The notes beneath the pieces were generated by a model. That model searched no databases and was not told the origin of the DNA. It saw nothing but the letters and a program-made list of their open reading frames with translations. A stretch of 64,000 nucleotides of DNA, taken from positions 20,956,001 to 21,020,000 of the forward strand of contig OZ024762.1 of NCBI GenBank assembly GCA_964016885.1, written 5' to 3'. Each line of letters begins with the position of its first letter. Position 1 is the stretch's first letter. Below are positions 13,289-28,299 of the stretch, piece after piece. This stretch comes from Eledone cirrhosa. Its lineage: Eukaryota. The position numbers and the translations under genes were made by a program.

Positions 13289-15202
13289 TATAATAATTAC
13301 ATCTTAGTAATAAAATAATTAGTAATTGTAGTAAATCTATCTGAATTCTTCATTAACACTTCAGCATTCACATCACTCTATATATACTATTATATTTTAT
13401 TGGTAAAGGCTTTAGCTCACATAATTTTCTCACATAATATTGAATCTGAGATTTTGATGTTATTTATTTTGAGAATAATACCTTCACATCAGTATGAGTG
13501 GCTGGTTTCAACAGAGATGTAAGAGAATTCTGGCCAGATATGGCTGGTTTAATCCTTTAGCATTTAAACCGGCCATAACCAGCCAGAATTCCCTCACTTC
13601 TTTCTGTTCAAACTGGCTGTAACTAGCCACTCATACTTAGGTTAAGGTATTGTTCTCAAAATAAATAATACCAAAATCTCATAGATTCAATATTATGTGA
13701 GTTATTATATAAGATAAAGCCTTTACTGAGAAAATACAGTGGTATATATAAAGTAATGTAAATGCTAAAGAGTTAATCAAATGAAATTCAGTGTATTTCA
13801 TTAAAAATATGGTAATGAGAAGGTTAACGATTTTGCTGAATCACCCATCATGCTGAACTGATACTTTATATATCAAACTTGAAATTATGGCAAAGTTGAC
13901 CAAGATAAGATTTAAATTTACAGCTTATAGAAAAAAAAAAAAAAAATGGATAAAATACTGTGGAGATTTTACTGCAGTTCTCTAACAACTCTATCCAAAT
14001 TCCCACCTTAATTTTAAGTTAATACCAAATATATTATCTTTGTCATAGCTGTCCTACCCTTTTTTTATATTATGTTCAAGCTGAAACCAGGACAAATTGA
14101 AGATAGACATGAAAGCTTGTGATATTTCTAGAGATGTGTGAAGAAAGAATGTCATAAAATTGTATTTTAGTGTTTTCTAGATATTTTACTAGATTGACAG
14201 TCAACTTTTGAACCATTCCTTAGCTGTGAGTGACAACCCTATTTTACCATATTTCTAATGAAAGACACTGCCTATAATTTTGAAAGTAATCAAGGATTTA
14301 GATTTTGACATCACCTTTAAGGTGGCCCCGTGCCATCCGCCCACAACAAAAATCAAACTCGAATCTCATAACAACATTACAGCACAATTATTTCACCTCA
14401 ATTGGCCCCCGCTCTCTTTAACATTACACCAAAAGACATTAAAACAGAAACAGACCCCATAAAATTCAAAAAGTCTTTGAACAAATTCCTTCAAGAAATC
14501 CGAGATAAACTTTGTACACCTGGATATGACTCTGTAACCAATAACTGTATACTTGGTGTCCAAATCTTGATTTAAAAGACTTTTCCAGAGGTGCTATTAA
14601 GTTAGACATGGCCGAAACATGTTAAAGTTAACTAATTTTCTCATTATTAAGCTGGTGTTTGGAGTATAACTTAAAGGTTCTTAAATAGAATTATGATGGA
14701 AGGTTTTTAGATAAATATAAACATCTTAACCCTTTCATTACCATATTTCTAATGAAAGACACTGCCTGTAATTTTTAAATAATTTTGAAAGTAATGAAGA
14801 ATTTGGAGGAACTTTGTAATATAACTAATTTTCTCATTATTAAGCTGGTGTTTGGAGTGAAACTTAACATAGGTTCTTATATTAAATTATGATGGATGGA
14901 TTTTAGATAAATATAAACACTTTAAAATAAATAGTTTTTGTCTTATAAAACCAGAGGTGGTTTCATGCAGTTTGGTATCAAAAGGGTTAAGAGAGAGATA
15001 GAGAATTTTCTAGATCTTTTTATTTTTATTTTAACACTATTTCTTCAGAGATGTTATCCAGTCATCACTACCACCACCTTTATCATCATCATCATCATCA
15101 TCATATGTTATCCTGTTGCACATTTTCACAAACTAGTTTTTTTTCTGTCTTTGCTCTGATATGACTATTTCTTCTCCCAGAACACTAGAGAGGTCAATTG
15201 TT

Positions 15203-15290
<88 letters not shown>

Positions 15291-15348
15291 GGCAAATGAG
15301 ATTGGTTGCATCACAGACACAAAAGCAGACAGAACAGAGGTGAATGTG

Positions 15349-15379
<31 letters not shown>

Positions 15380-15463
15380 ATACACATATACATACACATG
15401 TATGTATATAGTGTGTGTGTATATATATGTATATATATGTATATATATACATACATACACATG

Positions 15464-15502
<39 letters not shown>

Positions 15503-16786
15503 GTATATATATTGCTTTAATCTGTTTCAGTAGCATCATCATCATCATCATCATCATGAAAAGACTGAGATGTAATTGTCATTATATAATACATGTACTG
15601 CATAAATAACTCACATGCATCGACACTATTGATTTTGTTGTTGACGACGATGATGATGATGATGATGTTGTTGAACAACACGTATCATGCTATTTCTATT
15701 CTTAATTTAACAATATAGAGTATTAATAGCAGTCATGGCAGACTCTTGTTTATTGTTGTTGTTATTGTTACTGTTGTTGTTGTTGTTACTGCTGCACCAG
15801 TTGCCAGCAGTAATTGAACTCGTGAAACCGATCATAAATAGGCATGGATAGGTTATTTATTTTAACCCCTTTGTTACTATTGTTCTAATGAGAGACTCTG
15901 CCTATGGATGAGTTTCAAAATAATTTTGAAAATAAAAAAGCATCTGCAAAGGGCTTAGTAACATAACTAACTTTCTCATTATTGAACTACTGTTAAGAAC
16001 ATAACTTAACAAAGGTTCTTAGGTAAAATTATGATGGAATGTTTTATAGATCAATATAAACACTTTAACCTTTTAATTTCAGATTTCTAATGAGAGATAC
16101 TTCCTATAGTTTTCTCCAATCATTTTTAAAATCATCAATAGTTTGAAGGAATATAGTAATATAACTAACTTTCTCATTATTGAGCTGCTGTTTGGAACAT
16201 AACTTAACAAATGTTCTTATGTAAAATTATGATGGGAGGTTTTTAGATCAATATAAACACTTTAACCTTTTAATTTCAGATTTCTTCCTATAATTTTCTC
16301 AAATCATTTTTAAAATCACCAATAATTTGGAAGAATTTAGTAATATAACTTTCTCATTATTAAGCTGATATTTAGAACATCACTTCACAAAAATTTCTTT
16401 AATAAAACTATGCTGGAATGATTTAATATAAAGTATTATGTATGCATGGACCTGTAACACATGCAGGAGACATTAGGGTGCCACATTAAGATACAGTGTT
16501 TCTAGGGCATTTAAAAAAAACCTGGCAGAGCCCATCTCCTCTCCATGTTTAATGTAAAGTATAAACATTTAAAAATGAGTAGTTTTGTATCATAAAACCA
16601 AGGTGGTTTCAGGCAGTTTAGTAACAAAAGGGTTAATTTGCAATTTCTTTGAAATAGTTTATATCAGTATCATGTTTTTGGAAGTGTTGATGTTGCTACT
16701 GTTGTTGTTCTTTAAATATTGTGAGTGATAAAAGAAAAAAAATGTATGAAATAGTGAGATCAATAGTTTTTACTTTATATTTTCAG

Positions 16787-16870
16787 CTCTTGATAGGTTT
16801 TGAATCAGGTCCAGTGGTTGTGTGGGATCTAAAAAGTAAAACAGCCGAATTAAGATTTTCTACACCTGAA
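16787..16870 (+). CDS. STXBP5: Tomosyn exon C
   Basis: tttcag|...|gtaagt. LLIGFESGPVVVWDLKSKTAELRFSTPE (WD40 repeat). Phase 0 to 0. Confidence 0.95.
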
Positions 16871-17699
16871 GTAAGTATTCACTTTCTTTATAATAATGTA
16901 TATATTATATGTATGTATGTATTCATTTATTAATATTTTGAATAATATATATATGTATATATATATATATATATATTATACTTTGGAAGGGTCATGCTGC
17001 CAATAAAAACACACGCACCTGTTGGTTTTCATTTCAATTTATTATAAGTTTCTGGTTGGTTCGATAACTGGAAGGTTGTTTATATATTGTCAAAGCTCTT
17101 TTGTCACACATTCTGTAACCTCCTCAGTGACTAGGTTTTTATTTTGTGTCTCTCTTTCTGTCCTATATATATATATATATAAACGTTTGTATATGTATAA
17201 TAAAGCCAAAACAATGCAGGTATGGACATAGAATAAAGAATGCAAATGCAAAAGATATTGTTGACAATTAGTCTTTTACCTTAGATTTATTTAAATGTCC
17301 TTAATTTTTGAGATAATATCTCTTCTTCGGAGGGAAGTAAAGCGGTTAAACCAGTGTTCTAAATAGCTTGCCAAGTCACTCTTGGGAAAAGCGGGGAAAA
17401 GCGGATGTAAAATGATGATGATGATGATTCAGGATCTTTAGAAATAGAGATATTAGAGAGAGAGCATGGGAATGGGTGAGAATGGGAGCAAGAGAGAATG
17501 ATTTTGAGTGAGTGAGAGTGTGTGTATGAGAAAGACAGACAGAGAGAGAGAGAGAGTTGAAAGGAATCAAAGGAAAAGAGTTAACCTCAGGACATGGCTG
17601 GTACTTTATTTATCAATACACAAAGCACAAAGCTCTTTTATCTATCAACGCGACAGTAGAAGTCGCATTGATAGACATATTTTTTAAATGCAGGCGGGT

Positions 17700-18315
17700 G
17701 CTATAGAAGTGGTGGATAGTTTCCGGTACCTAGATCAGATTAGCATGGGAGGGGGGGTGTTCCGAGGCCATAGTATCTAGAATGACGGGTTGGAAGAAGT
17801 TTAGGGAGCTGCTTTCTCTGCTGATGAAGAAGGGTTTCTCCCTGCGTACAAAAGGCTGGTTATATGATGCCTGTGTGAGGAGCGCGATGCTGCATGGGCA
17901 GCAACTGCAGAGGATATGCGACGGCTGGAGAGAAATGAGGCAAGCATGCTCCGTTGGATGTGCAATGTCAATGTACGTGAACGACCCAGCATGGATGTGA
18001 TGAGAGAGAAACTGTGTCTGAGAGGGATAGAATGTAGTGTGCGAGAGAGGAGACTGAGGGGTATGGACATGTGATGCGCATGGAGGATGACCGATGGGTG
18101 AAGAAGTGCCAGGAAATGCCAGTTGAAAGAAGATGTGGTAGAGGTAGGCCACGAAAAACATGGGCGGAGGTGGTGAGAACAGACCTCAGATTGCTGAAGC
18201 TCACGGTGGAGATGACGAAGGACCGTGACAAGTGGAGAGATGCTGTGCTGAATAAGACCCGTCCCACCCTTGCAAGCAGGGAAAAGCGGACATAAAATGA
18301 TGATGATGATGATGA
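17700..18315 (+). mobile_element. 5'-truncated, frameshifted RTE LINE
   Basis: GWKKFRELLSLL, GHVMRMEDDRWVKKC, GRGRPRKTW, (ATG)n tail. Confidence 0.9.
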
Positions 18316-18769
18316 AAAGGATGAAAAACAAAGTTGGCCCCAGTGAGATTTGAGCTGAGAGAACAGAGAGCTGAAATAAATGCCACAAAGCATTCTATCC
18401 CTCACCTAAACAACTCAAGCAATTCACAGCCATCTTATTACAAGATACCCTTTTCAAATCACTTCAAATCACAAATTTTTGGCAATCTTCTCCAGATTAA
18501 AGCCAAATTGATTAAATCATAGAAAAATTCCTGCAGGAAATCAGTTCCCGAGTTTTCGTTTTTACAGTGAAATAGTATACAAATATATATATACACATAC
18601 ATATATATATATATAGATATATATGCACATGAATGTGATATTTATACATACTTTCATACACACACAGACATACATGTAACTCTCTCTCTCTTTCTCTCCC
18701 CACCCTCTCTCTCTCTCTCTCTCACCACCCCCTCTCTCTCTTTCTTTCCCCACCCTCTCTCTCTCTCTT

Positions 18770-18800
<31 letters not shown>

Positions 18801-19281
18801 GCATGTGATATTTATACATACTTTCATACACACACAGACATACATGTAGCTCTCACTCTCTCCCTCTCTCTCTCTCTATATCATCATTTCATTTTTCATT
18901 TCATTTTTACATCCGCTTTTCCCTGCTTGCAAGGGTGGGACGGGAACTGATTCTGGCTTGATTTCTACAGCTGGATGCCCTTCCTAACACCAACCTCATT
19001 TACAGAGAGTGCTGGGTGTTTTTTTTGCCGTGGCACCTCCACGACCACCTTGCAGTGGAATGATAAGGACCCCAGTCCCTATCATCTCATTTCTACAGCT
19101 GAGTAAACTGGAGCAAAGTGAAATAAAGTGTCTTGCTCAAGGAAACAACACATCACCCGGTCTGAGAATTGAACTCACAACCTTTTGATTGCAAGGCCAA
19201 TGCATATATATGCATGTGATATTTATACATACTTTCATACACACACGGACATACATATAATTCTCTCTTTCTCTCTCTCTG

Positions 19282-19323
<42 letters not shown>

Positions 19324-19612
19324 TACATACAAACATGTATGTATACATGCGATGGTTATGGATGTCTTAAACATGCTTCTATTATACAACCATATATAGC
19401 TAACAAACTTCTATACTTAAGTTTTTTTTTAAATTCTTTTTTAGTACAGTTTGCATCCATGTATGTATGTATACATGTGTGTATGTATGTATGTATGTAT
19501 GTATGAATGTATGTGTGTATGCATACATGTATATATATATATATATATGTGTATATGTGAATGTATGTATCTATGTATGTAAGTATGTATGTATGTATGT
19601 ATCTATGCATGC

Positions 19613-19651
<39 letters not shown>

Positions 19652-19856
19652 TGTATCTGTATGTATGTATGTATGTATGGTTGAATGTGTGAAGGTGTGT
19701 ATGCATGTATGTATCTGTGTGTATGTATGGTTGAATATATGGTGTGTATGCATGTATGTATGTATGCATGTATATATATATATATATATGAATGTATCTG
19801 TGTGTATGTATGGTTGAATATATGAAGGTGTGTATGCATGTATGTATGTATGCATG

Positions 19857-19895
<39 letters not shown>

Positions 19896-20496
19896 ATGTA
19901 TGTGTATGTATGTATGTATGTATGGTTGAATGTGTGAAGGTGTGTGCATGCATACATGTATGTATGTGTGAATGTTTGTATGTATGTATGCAGTAGGAGG
20001 TGCAGTGTTTCCTATAGCTGTTATATACTTTCTCCTGTCATCTTATTTCTGGCTGTTTTCTCTTCATCGTGATATTTTTATTCCAGTTTCAATTAAACTA
20101 TTTTATTTATTGTCTTATTACATTAACAGTTTTTTTTTCTTAGTTTTTTTCTGCCACAATTTGATTCATTTTTTGTTGTTGTTGATTTTTGTTGTTTTTG
20201 TTGGGTTTTTCTACCTCTTTACTCATTTTTTTTTTCTTCTTCTTCTTCTTCTTCTTCTTCTTCTTCTTCTTCTTCTTCTTCTATTCACAAACTTTTCTCT
20301 CTTTTGTCTATTTTTTAAATATATATATGTACACACACACATATATATATACATACATATATATACATATATATATATGTACACATAAATACATACATAT
20401 ATATACATATATATATATATATGTACACATAAATACATACATATATATACATATATATATATGTACACACACACATATATATATATATATATATGT

Positions 20497-20543
<47 letters not shown>

Positions 20544-21491
20544 CATACACACACATTTATTTTTTTACTTCCTATTTCTGCAGTCATGACATGAAATCTG
20601 AATCAAATCTTTTTCAGTAAAATCATGAAATAGTCGGGTTATGTTCTTATATATGTGTGTATGTATGTGTGTGTGTGTATATATATATGTATATATGTAT
20701 GTGTGTGTTTGTATTGGCATATGTTCTTGTGTATGTATGTACAAGTTTCCATATCTGTGTGTGTGTGTTTGTATTCATGTCTGTCTCGGTGTGTATTTAT
20801 GTCTTTACATGTGTGTGTGTGTGTGTGTGTGGGTGTGTGTCTATATGTATGTGTATTTTTGTCTGTGTTTGTTTTAAATCATTTGCTAATATTTGAAAAT
20901 GTTGGTGAATATATTTGATATATTCATATGTGTTGTTGTTGTTGTTGTTGTTGTGTGGTCGTTGTTGTTGTTGTTGTTGCATCAGTTCATGATACAGGCA
21001 TTAGTTGTTAGAAGCTCTCCATCTCCCCCCTCTCCCTCGTTCTCCTTTCACCCCCTTTCACTCTCCATATAATCACTCCTGTGATTATAAAAGGCGTTTA
21101 CCTCATGGAAATTCCACTCTCTAGAAATTTCCATGCTAATATCTTATGCTGCCATGTCTTATCTCACATAACAGTTATGTGGCTTCAGCCTGAACACACA
21201 CACACATGCACTAGATCACATGCATACACACACACACACACTCTATCATGATCACATGCACACACACACGCACACTTGGTCACAAGCGCACACACACACA
21301 CTCTGTCACTAGCACACACACACACACACACACAGTGTCACTAGCACATACACACACACACTCAATCACACATACACACACTCTGTCACTAGCACGCGCA
21401 CACACACACACACTCCATCACAAGCACACACACACACACACTCTATCATGATCACATGCACACACACACACACACACACAATCTATCATGA

Positions 21492-21568
<77 letters not shown>

Positions 21569-22434
21569 ATCATGATCACATGCACACACGGTCACAAGTG
21601 CATACACACACACTGTCACTAGCACACAGACACACACACACTCGATCACATGCACACACACACACACTCTGTCACCTGCGCGCGCACACACACACACTCG
21701 ATCACATGCACACACACACACTCTGTCACCTGCGTGCGCACACACACTCACTCCGTCACAAGCACACACACACACTCCATCACAAGCATACACACACACT
21801 CCATCACAAGCATACACACACACTCCATCACAAGCATACACACACACTGAATCACAAGCATACACACGCACTCAATCACATGCCCACATACACACACACG
21901 CACTTGATCATATGCACACACACATGCACACACATACACAATCACTCACACATACACATCTGTACACATGCACACGCTAGATCACATGCACTAGATAACA
22001 CACCCACACACACCAACACACACACATACACAATCACTCACACATTCTAGATCACATGCACACTTGCACATGCATGCACGCACAAATACATTCTAGATTA
22101 CATTCACACCAACACACGTGTGCACACACACACACACACACCAACACACACACACACATTCTACATCATACACGCCCCCACCCCCCCACACACACATTCT
22201 AGATCATATGCACATATACACCCTCACACACCAACAGATGTGGGCACACACACGGTTATATGCACGTGTATTCCATAAGGTGTCATGAATAGATTTAGGA
22301 GGGAAAAAAATTGTAGTTAGATCATTGATGTCAGCTGAGATGACATGGAATCGATTTAAAGGGAGATAAAAAGGGGTGAAAAATAATGGGTAGGTGTTGA
22401 ACCAATCTGCAGTCTAAACTACATTGCTGCCATT

Positions 22435-22860
22435 GAAATACATGAATAGATTAAGGATTTGCAGGCATGTCCAACCCATGTACAAACACATGAACAGATT
22501 AATGATTTCCAGGTCTGTCCAACCCATGCATAATTACATGAAAAGATTAAGGATTTGCAGGCCTATCCAACCCATGTACAAGCACATGAACAGATTAAAA
22601 TTTGCAGGCCTATCCAACTCATGTACAAACACACGAACAGATTAACGATTTGCAGGCCTATCCAACCCATGTACAATTACATGAAAAGATTAATGATTTG
22701 CAGGCCTATCCAACCCATGTACAAATACATGAAAAGTTTAAGCATTTGCAGGCCTGTCGAGCCCATGTACAAATACATGAAAAGTTTAAGCATTTGCAAG
22801 CCTGTCGAGCCCATGTACAAATACATGAAAAGATTAAGGATTTGCAGGCCTGTCCAAGAA
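22435..22860. repeat. 48-bp minisatellite, about 9 copies
   Basis: Unit catgaaaagattaaggatttgcaggcctatccaacccatgtacaaata. Confidence 0.93.
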
Positions 22861-23179
22861 GCTTGGAAAGAATTAGTCATTTAAACCTTGATAATAGACA
22901 TGACAGTAAGAACACTTCATAGCTACATAAAACTACAACAGGGATGATATCATCACCATCATCATTTAATATTTATTAAAATAAAATAAAAAGATTATGC
23001 TTATGAATAGTAACAAAAGAAAATAGAACAGAACTAGAGCAAGGTCATTAATGACAACTTTACAGGCTGGAGGCTTCACTAGATATATGCTTCAGCTTTT
23101 CCTCATGGTAGATGTATGGAAGGGTGGTGCATACTATATATATGTTTCAGCTTCAGGCTGTGCTCGTGGGAAGGCAGGT

Positions 23180-23475
23180 CTTCTATATTACTGCATAATG
23201 CCAGAGATATCGGTCCTGTGTCATCACCTTTGAGGGGTGCAATTTGGCAAGGTCAGCTTTCATCACCTCATCCAAAATCTTTCTGGGTCTCCTCACTCCA
23301 AGGCTTCTTTCGACTTTGATTGCTCTGCACCTTTTTATATAGCTGTCATCCTTCATACGCATCACATGTCCATACCGACGCAATCGCCTCTCCTGCAGAC
23401 TGCATCTGATTCCTCTTATGCCTAGTATTTTTCTCAGTTCAATTATGCTTTGCCATTCATGTATATTACTATTTC
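23180..23475 (-). mobile_element. RTE LINE fragment
   Basis: RRYGHVMRMKDDSYIKRCRAIKVE...RPRK, homologous to 7645-8094. Confidence 0.85.
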
Positions 23476-23617
23476 ACACACAGACACACACACACATATA
23501 AATATATGTTGCTAACTTTGTAAAGGTTATTCTATATGAGTACCTTTCTCTTAATAGATAATTTTAGCCATCTTTTATCTTTACATGGAGATGTTTCTGT
23601 GTATCAGTGACGTATAA

Positions 23618-24198
23618 TCTGTATATATATAAAGCTGAAGTTTTCTGTGTCTGTGTGTGGACAATTTTTAATGAGGGCTCATATATTCTAAACCATTCAT
23701 GCGATTTCTTTGACATTTTTTACAGAGCTTCTCCTTGCACAAAACCTGTAGATGATCTACAAAGGCTTTCAAAAATCGATATTGGGGCCTTTGGAGACAT
23801 TAAAAAGTTTTCGGTTATTTGTGTCAATTTTCGTGATTAAGTAAGACAAGAGTTATCTTTCGTCAATAGGAACTTATTTTTGATGTTGTCAAAAATGTTG
23901 TTTTGGGATTTTGATTATTACAATTCGGCTCATTCGGATTTTACTTTACTCTTTGTACTTGAAACAAAAGGTTTTACTGTTGTCAAAAGAATTTATACCT
24001 AGACTGGATTTCTGTTGTTACATGGGATAACGGATGACACCGAGCTCACATATTAATTATTTCGCTGGAATAGTGCCTAAGGTTTTCATGTTTACATAAA
24101 GTACGTTTTTCTTCTATGTATTCAAATTTATTTTGTTTAGTTTAATGAGCTACATCGAAAGCTACTTGAACCGTCCAAAGGATGGGTACTTTAGCTAG
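23618..24198 (+). mobile_element. Non-autonomous Helitron
   Basis: Inserted at A^T. 5' TC(TGTATATATATAAAG), subterminal hairpin CCGTCC-AAA-GGATGG (24171-24185), 3' CTAG. Confidence 0.75.
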
Positions 24199-24770
24199 TA
24201 TATATATATCTACCTACATACATATATGGAACTTCGTTTCATGAACTTAATTCCTTCCTGAAGCCCGTTCATCAAATGTTCGATAGTGCTTTGCAGTATT
24301 CATTCCAGTTTTCTGCTCCCTCAGTTCAACGCAGTATTCATTCCAGTTTTCTGCTCCCTCAGTTCAACTGCTACTGAGGTCAACTTTGCCTTTCATCCAT
24401 TCGAGGTTGATAAAAAAAGGTACCAGTCAAGTACTGGAGTCGGTTCTTTCACTATATCTGTTTCTCACTTCCTTTCTCTCACTTTCTATCCTTCTCTGGA
24501 AGAAATCTGCTATATTCAAGCCTGAAGAGGAGATGGGCTCTGCCAGGTTTAAAATGCCCCAAGAAATGCTGTATGTTAATATGGTGTCCTAAGAACTCCC
24601 TCGGGAGTTATGGGTCCATACCATATATCATATATAAAATCAGGAGCAGTTTTAGATGGCTTGGTTATCAAGAAGGCTAATAATGGCTTTATATTTTGTT
24701 ATGAAATCATATATTTGTTGCTCAGACTTTATTGATAAAAAGTAATGTTTTGTTTCAATTTTCTTAAAAG

Positions 24771-24894
24771 GCTCTGCGGTCATTATCATGGTGGTCAGAC
24801 GGCAAGCAGTTTATGGGAAGCCATTCCGATGGCAGTTTAACGACATGGAACGTGAAAACAAATCTAAAAGCTACCAATATTACAATGCCTCATG
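24771..24894 (+). CDS. STXBP5: Tomosyn exon D
   Basis: ttaaaag|...|gtaagt. ALRSLSWWSDGKQFMGSHSDGSLTTWNVKTNLKATNITMPH. Phase 0 to 1. Confidence 0.93.
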
Positions 24895-26483
24895 GTAAGT
24901 ACAGTTAACTTTTGGTTTGTTTTAATCCTTTCATTCCCATATTCTAAAAGAAAGACAATCATCACTATTGTTTAATGTCCACTTTCCCTGCTAGCAAGGG
25001 TTAGACAGGTCTATACAGACCAAGTCAATACTGATGCAGGGCTATTGACCTCCCACACTGACTGTGGGGTTTGTATCTCACTTACGTATGGTCTCGGGTT
25101 CTATTGAGTGCACGCAAGACGCTATCATGTCTTTGATACAACTGAAAGGTTCTTCTCAACTCTTTTTTTTTTTTTGCCAAGCTTTCTATGACTGGATGCC
25201 CTTTCCTATCACCAACAACTTTACAGCATGTACTGGGTGTGTTTATCATGTAGATCACCAAAACTAGGGAGCCTGTCATGTCCTTGACATGACTTAAGAG
25301 TCTTCCCAACTATAATTTTCAAATCTTAGGTCTTTCAATGTCTTGGGGTGTACAAAGCAGCAATCTTCCACCTGTATGGTTGATCTGCTAATGAAAGGAG
25401 AAAGGGCAAAAGGATGAAGCACTCGAAGACATTAGTGATGCTGTTAACCCTTTAGCATTCACATTACTCTATATATACTATTATATTTTCATGGTAAATG
25501 CTTTACCTCGCATAATTATCTCACATAACATTCACATTACTCTATATATACTATTATATTTTCATGGTGAAGGCTTTACCTTGCATAATTATCTCACATA
25601 ATATCGAATCTATGAGATTTTGAAAGTATTTATTTTGAGAACAATACCTTAACATCAGTTTGAGTGACCAGTAACAACCAGTTTCAACAGAAAAAGGTAG
25701 AGAATTCTGGCCGGTTTTGGCCGGTTTGAACATTAAAGAGTTAAAGTTGTCAGTATGACCAGAATCTGTTGTGACAAGGCAGCTGGAGGTTCCATAAAGT
25801 CTCTGGAAGAGGTTGAGTTACTGTTGGGTAAGATACTACCGTATCGCGGGAGGGTTGAGAGGGTGTCCATATATGCTTGTGACTACATGGGCACCTAAAA
25901 CCCTTTGCAAAACCATGCTACACATTACCAAGTTATACACAATTGCAAGTGTGGGCTGTAATAATAGGTTTGATTCAATCAGCTATCCCTTTTTTTTCTC
26001 TCTCTCCAGAAAAAACAATTTTCCTTTTAAGTTCATACAAATCTAGATATTTAAACAGATGAATTTTATTATCCTTCATTTAAAAATAAAGTCTGATATA
26101 ACTACACGGAAGTTTGCTAGTTTGGTTGAATAGAAATAAACAGCGCTTTCAGACCATTCTACGTTTCATTCCTGAAACAAATTATTTTTTTTATAATTTA
26201 CAGACATTTGAATGCAAAACATGTTTATTCGTACTTATTTTCTTTTCAAGTAAAACAACAGCCGTTTCATGTTTTTTAGAAAAGATTCTGAAAATTTTAA
26301 CTAAAATACTTCATATTTATTTTTTGCTCTGTATTGAAATATATTGTGTGGTTAAAACAATATATAGACAGTGAAATTTGTTTCAAGTATTTCTTGAAAA
26401 TATTTTAAAATATTTTGTGGAAATCAATTAAACAATATCATTTTTTTATCACTTTTATATTTGTATTTTATTTTTGTTTTTAG

Positions 26484-26559
26484 CAAAACCTGGAAAAGAT
26501 GGAAAACTTGAACCGTGTAAACCAATTAAAAAAATAGAATGGAAATCAGTCCGAGGCGG
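26484..26559 (+). CDS. STXBP5: Tomosyn exon E
   Basis: tttttag|...|gtaagt. (A)KPGKDGKLEPCKPIKKIEWKSVRG(G). Phase 1 to 2. Confidence 0.93.
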
Positions 26560-28019
26560 GTAAGTTTATTGTTAACTGGCTTTATATATCTATGCACACA
26601 CACACACATATATACACACACACACACACACATAAATATATATATACTTGCAAAAGGTTCATAAGTCCGAAGAAAACTGGTGAAAGTACCAATGTCTACA
26701 TTTGTCTACATTTTTACTATACCTTTTGTATCAAGAACATCAAGGCCACCATCTTGACATCAATGACACTATGTAGAATTCCTATCTACCCCTGTTCTGC
26801 ATATTGAGCATAGCTATTTCCTCAGTGATATTGAAGTCTTGACCTTTTTCCTGCTTAATTGAGCTTTGTTTTTTGCCAAGTTTACTATCAGCTATTTTTA
26901 TTCTAGGCTTTGCTTCCATAACCTGAATTTCTACTCTAGATTTTATACAGGTTTTGTATTAAATCCCAGATTATGATCATACAGAAGCTCCCATAAACGT
27001 CTCAGTAAAGTCTGTCTCAAGCCTGGAGGCTCATCAAGCTAGTGCTTATCCCATGAAGTGATTGAGAGTACAACACACCCTCATTGGACACAATGCCAAT
27101 ACATCACAGGGTTAAAACCCCCAAAGTTATCATTGGTACTTGTTTTTAATTGAGTATACTGGTGCAACATGAAAAGAAGTGTTTTGCACAAGAACACAAC
27201 ACACAACCCAGTCCAGGAATTGAAGCGATGACATTATGATTGTAAGTCCAGCACCCTTACGACTAGGCCACACAGCATTATCATAGCAGAGCTCTAAGGA
27301 CCCAGATGATCAGCATATGGAAGCTCCCACAGAAAATACCTCAGTAATAGACTGCAGTATTGGCAGTATTGGTAGAGGGTTGGACACCATGCTTTCCAGA
27401 ATAGTTACATCCCTTTATGGTCTGAGTTCAAATCCCGCCGAGGTTAACTTTGCCTTTCATCCTTACGGGGTCGATAAAATAAAGTACCAGTAATGTACTG
27501 GGTAATTGATGGCCTTGTGCCAAAAGTAGAAACAATTATAATAAATAGCAGGGATCTAAGGACTAACTAAAGCCCTATTTCACCAGATATTTTCAGCATT
27601 GTTGTGATTATCCTGGATTATCCAATGGCTTTTCCAACCTTAATGACCTGTTTAACCATATAAGTCAACATCAATAGGCAGTCACTCTGTTTCGGTCTAC
27701 TGAGCTGTTCTACTTCCCAATTAGTAACCTCTCATAGTCACATTTCCATGTCTCTTTCATCATGTCGACGTAAAAGCAATGATAATGATGATAATTTAAA
27801 ACATCTTTTCACTTCTAAATCAGTATTTTCTTTGAACAGTTGTAGAAACTCTAATTACATATAAAGTTATTTACTTTTACATTGCATTACCATTTCTTTG
27901 ACGGCTGCTAATAGTCACACACACACATGCACACATTTATATACACATATATATATTTTTTCCATTGATTATATACATATATATATATATATACACATAT
28001 ATATATATATACATAAATA

Positions 28020-28145
<126 letters not shown>

Positions 28146-28213
28146 CATATACATAAATATATATATATATACATAAATATATATATATATACATAAATAT
28201 ATATATATACATA

Positions 28214-28249
<36 letters not shown>

Positions 28250-28268
28250 CGTAAATATATATACATAA

Positions 28269-28299
<31 letters not shown>

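Noticed and set aside
17821-17860. CTGATGA motif
   Set aside because: Part of RTE coding sequence (LLMKKGFSL), with no GAAA or helices.
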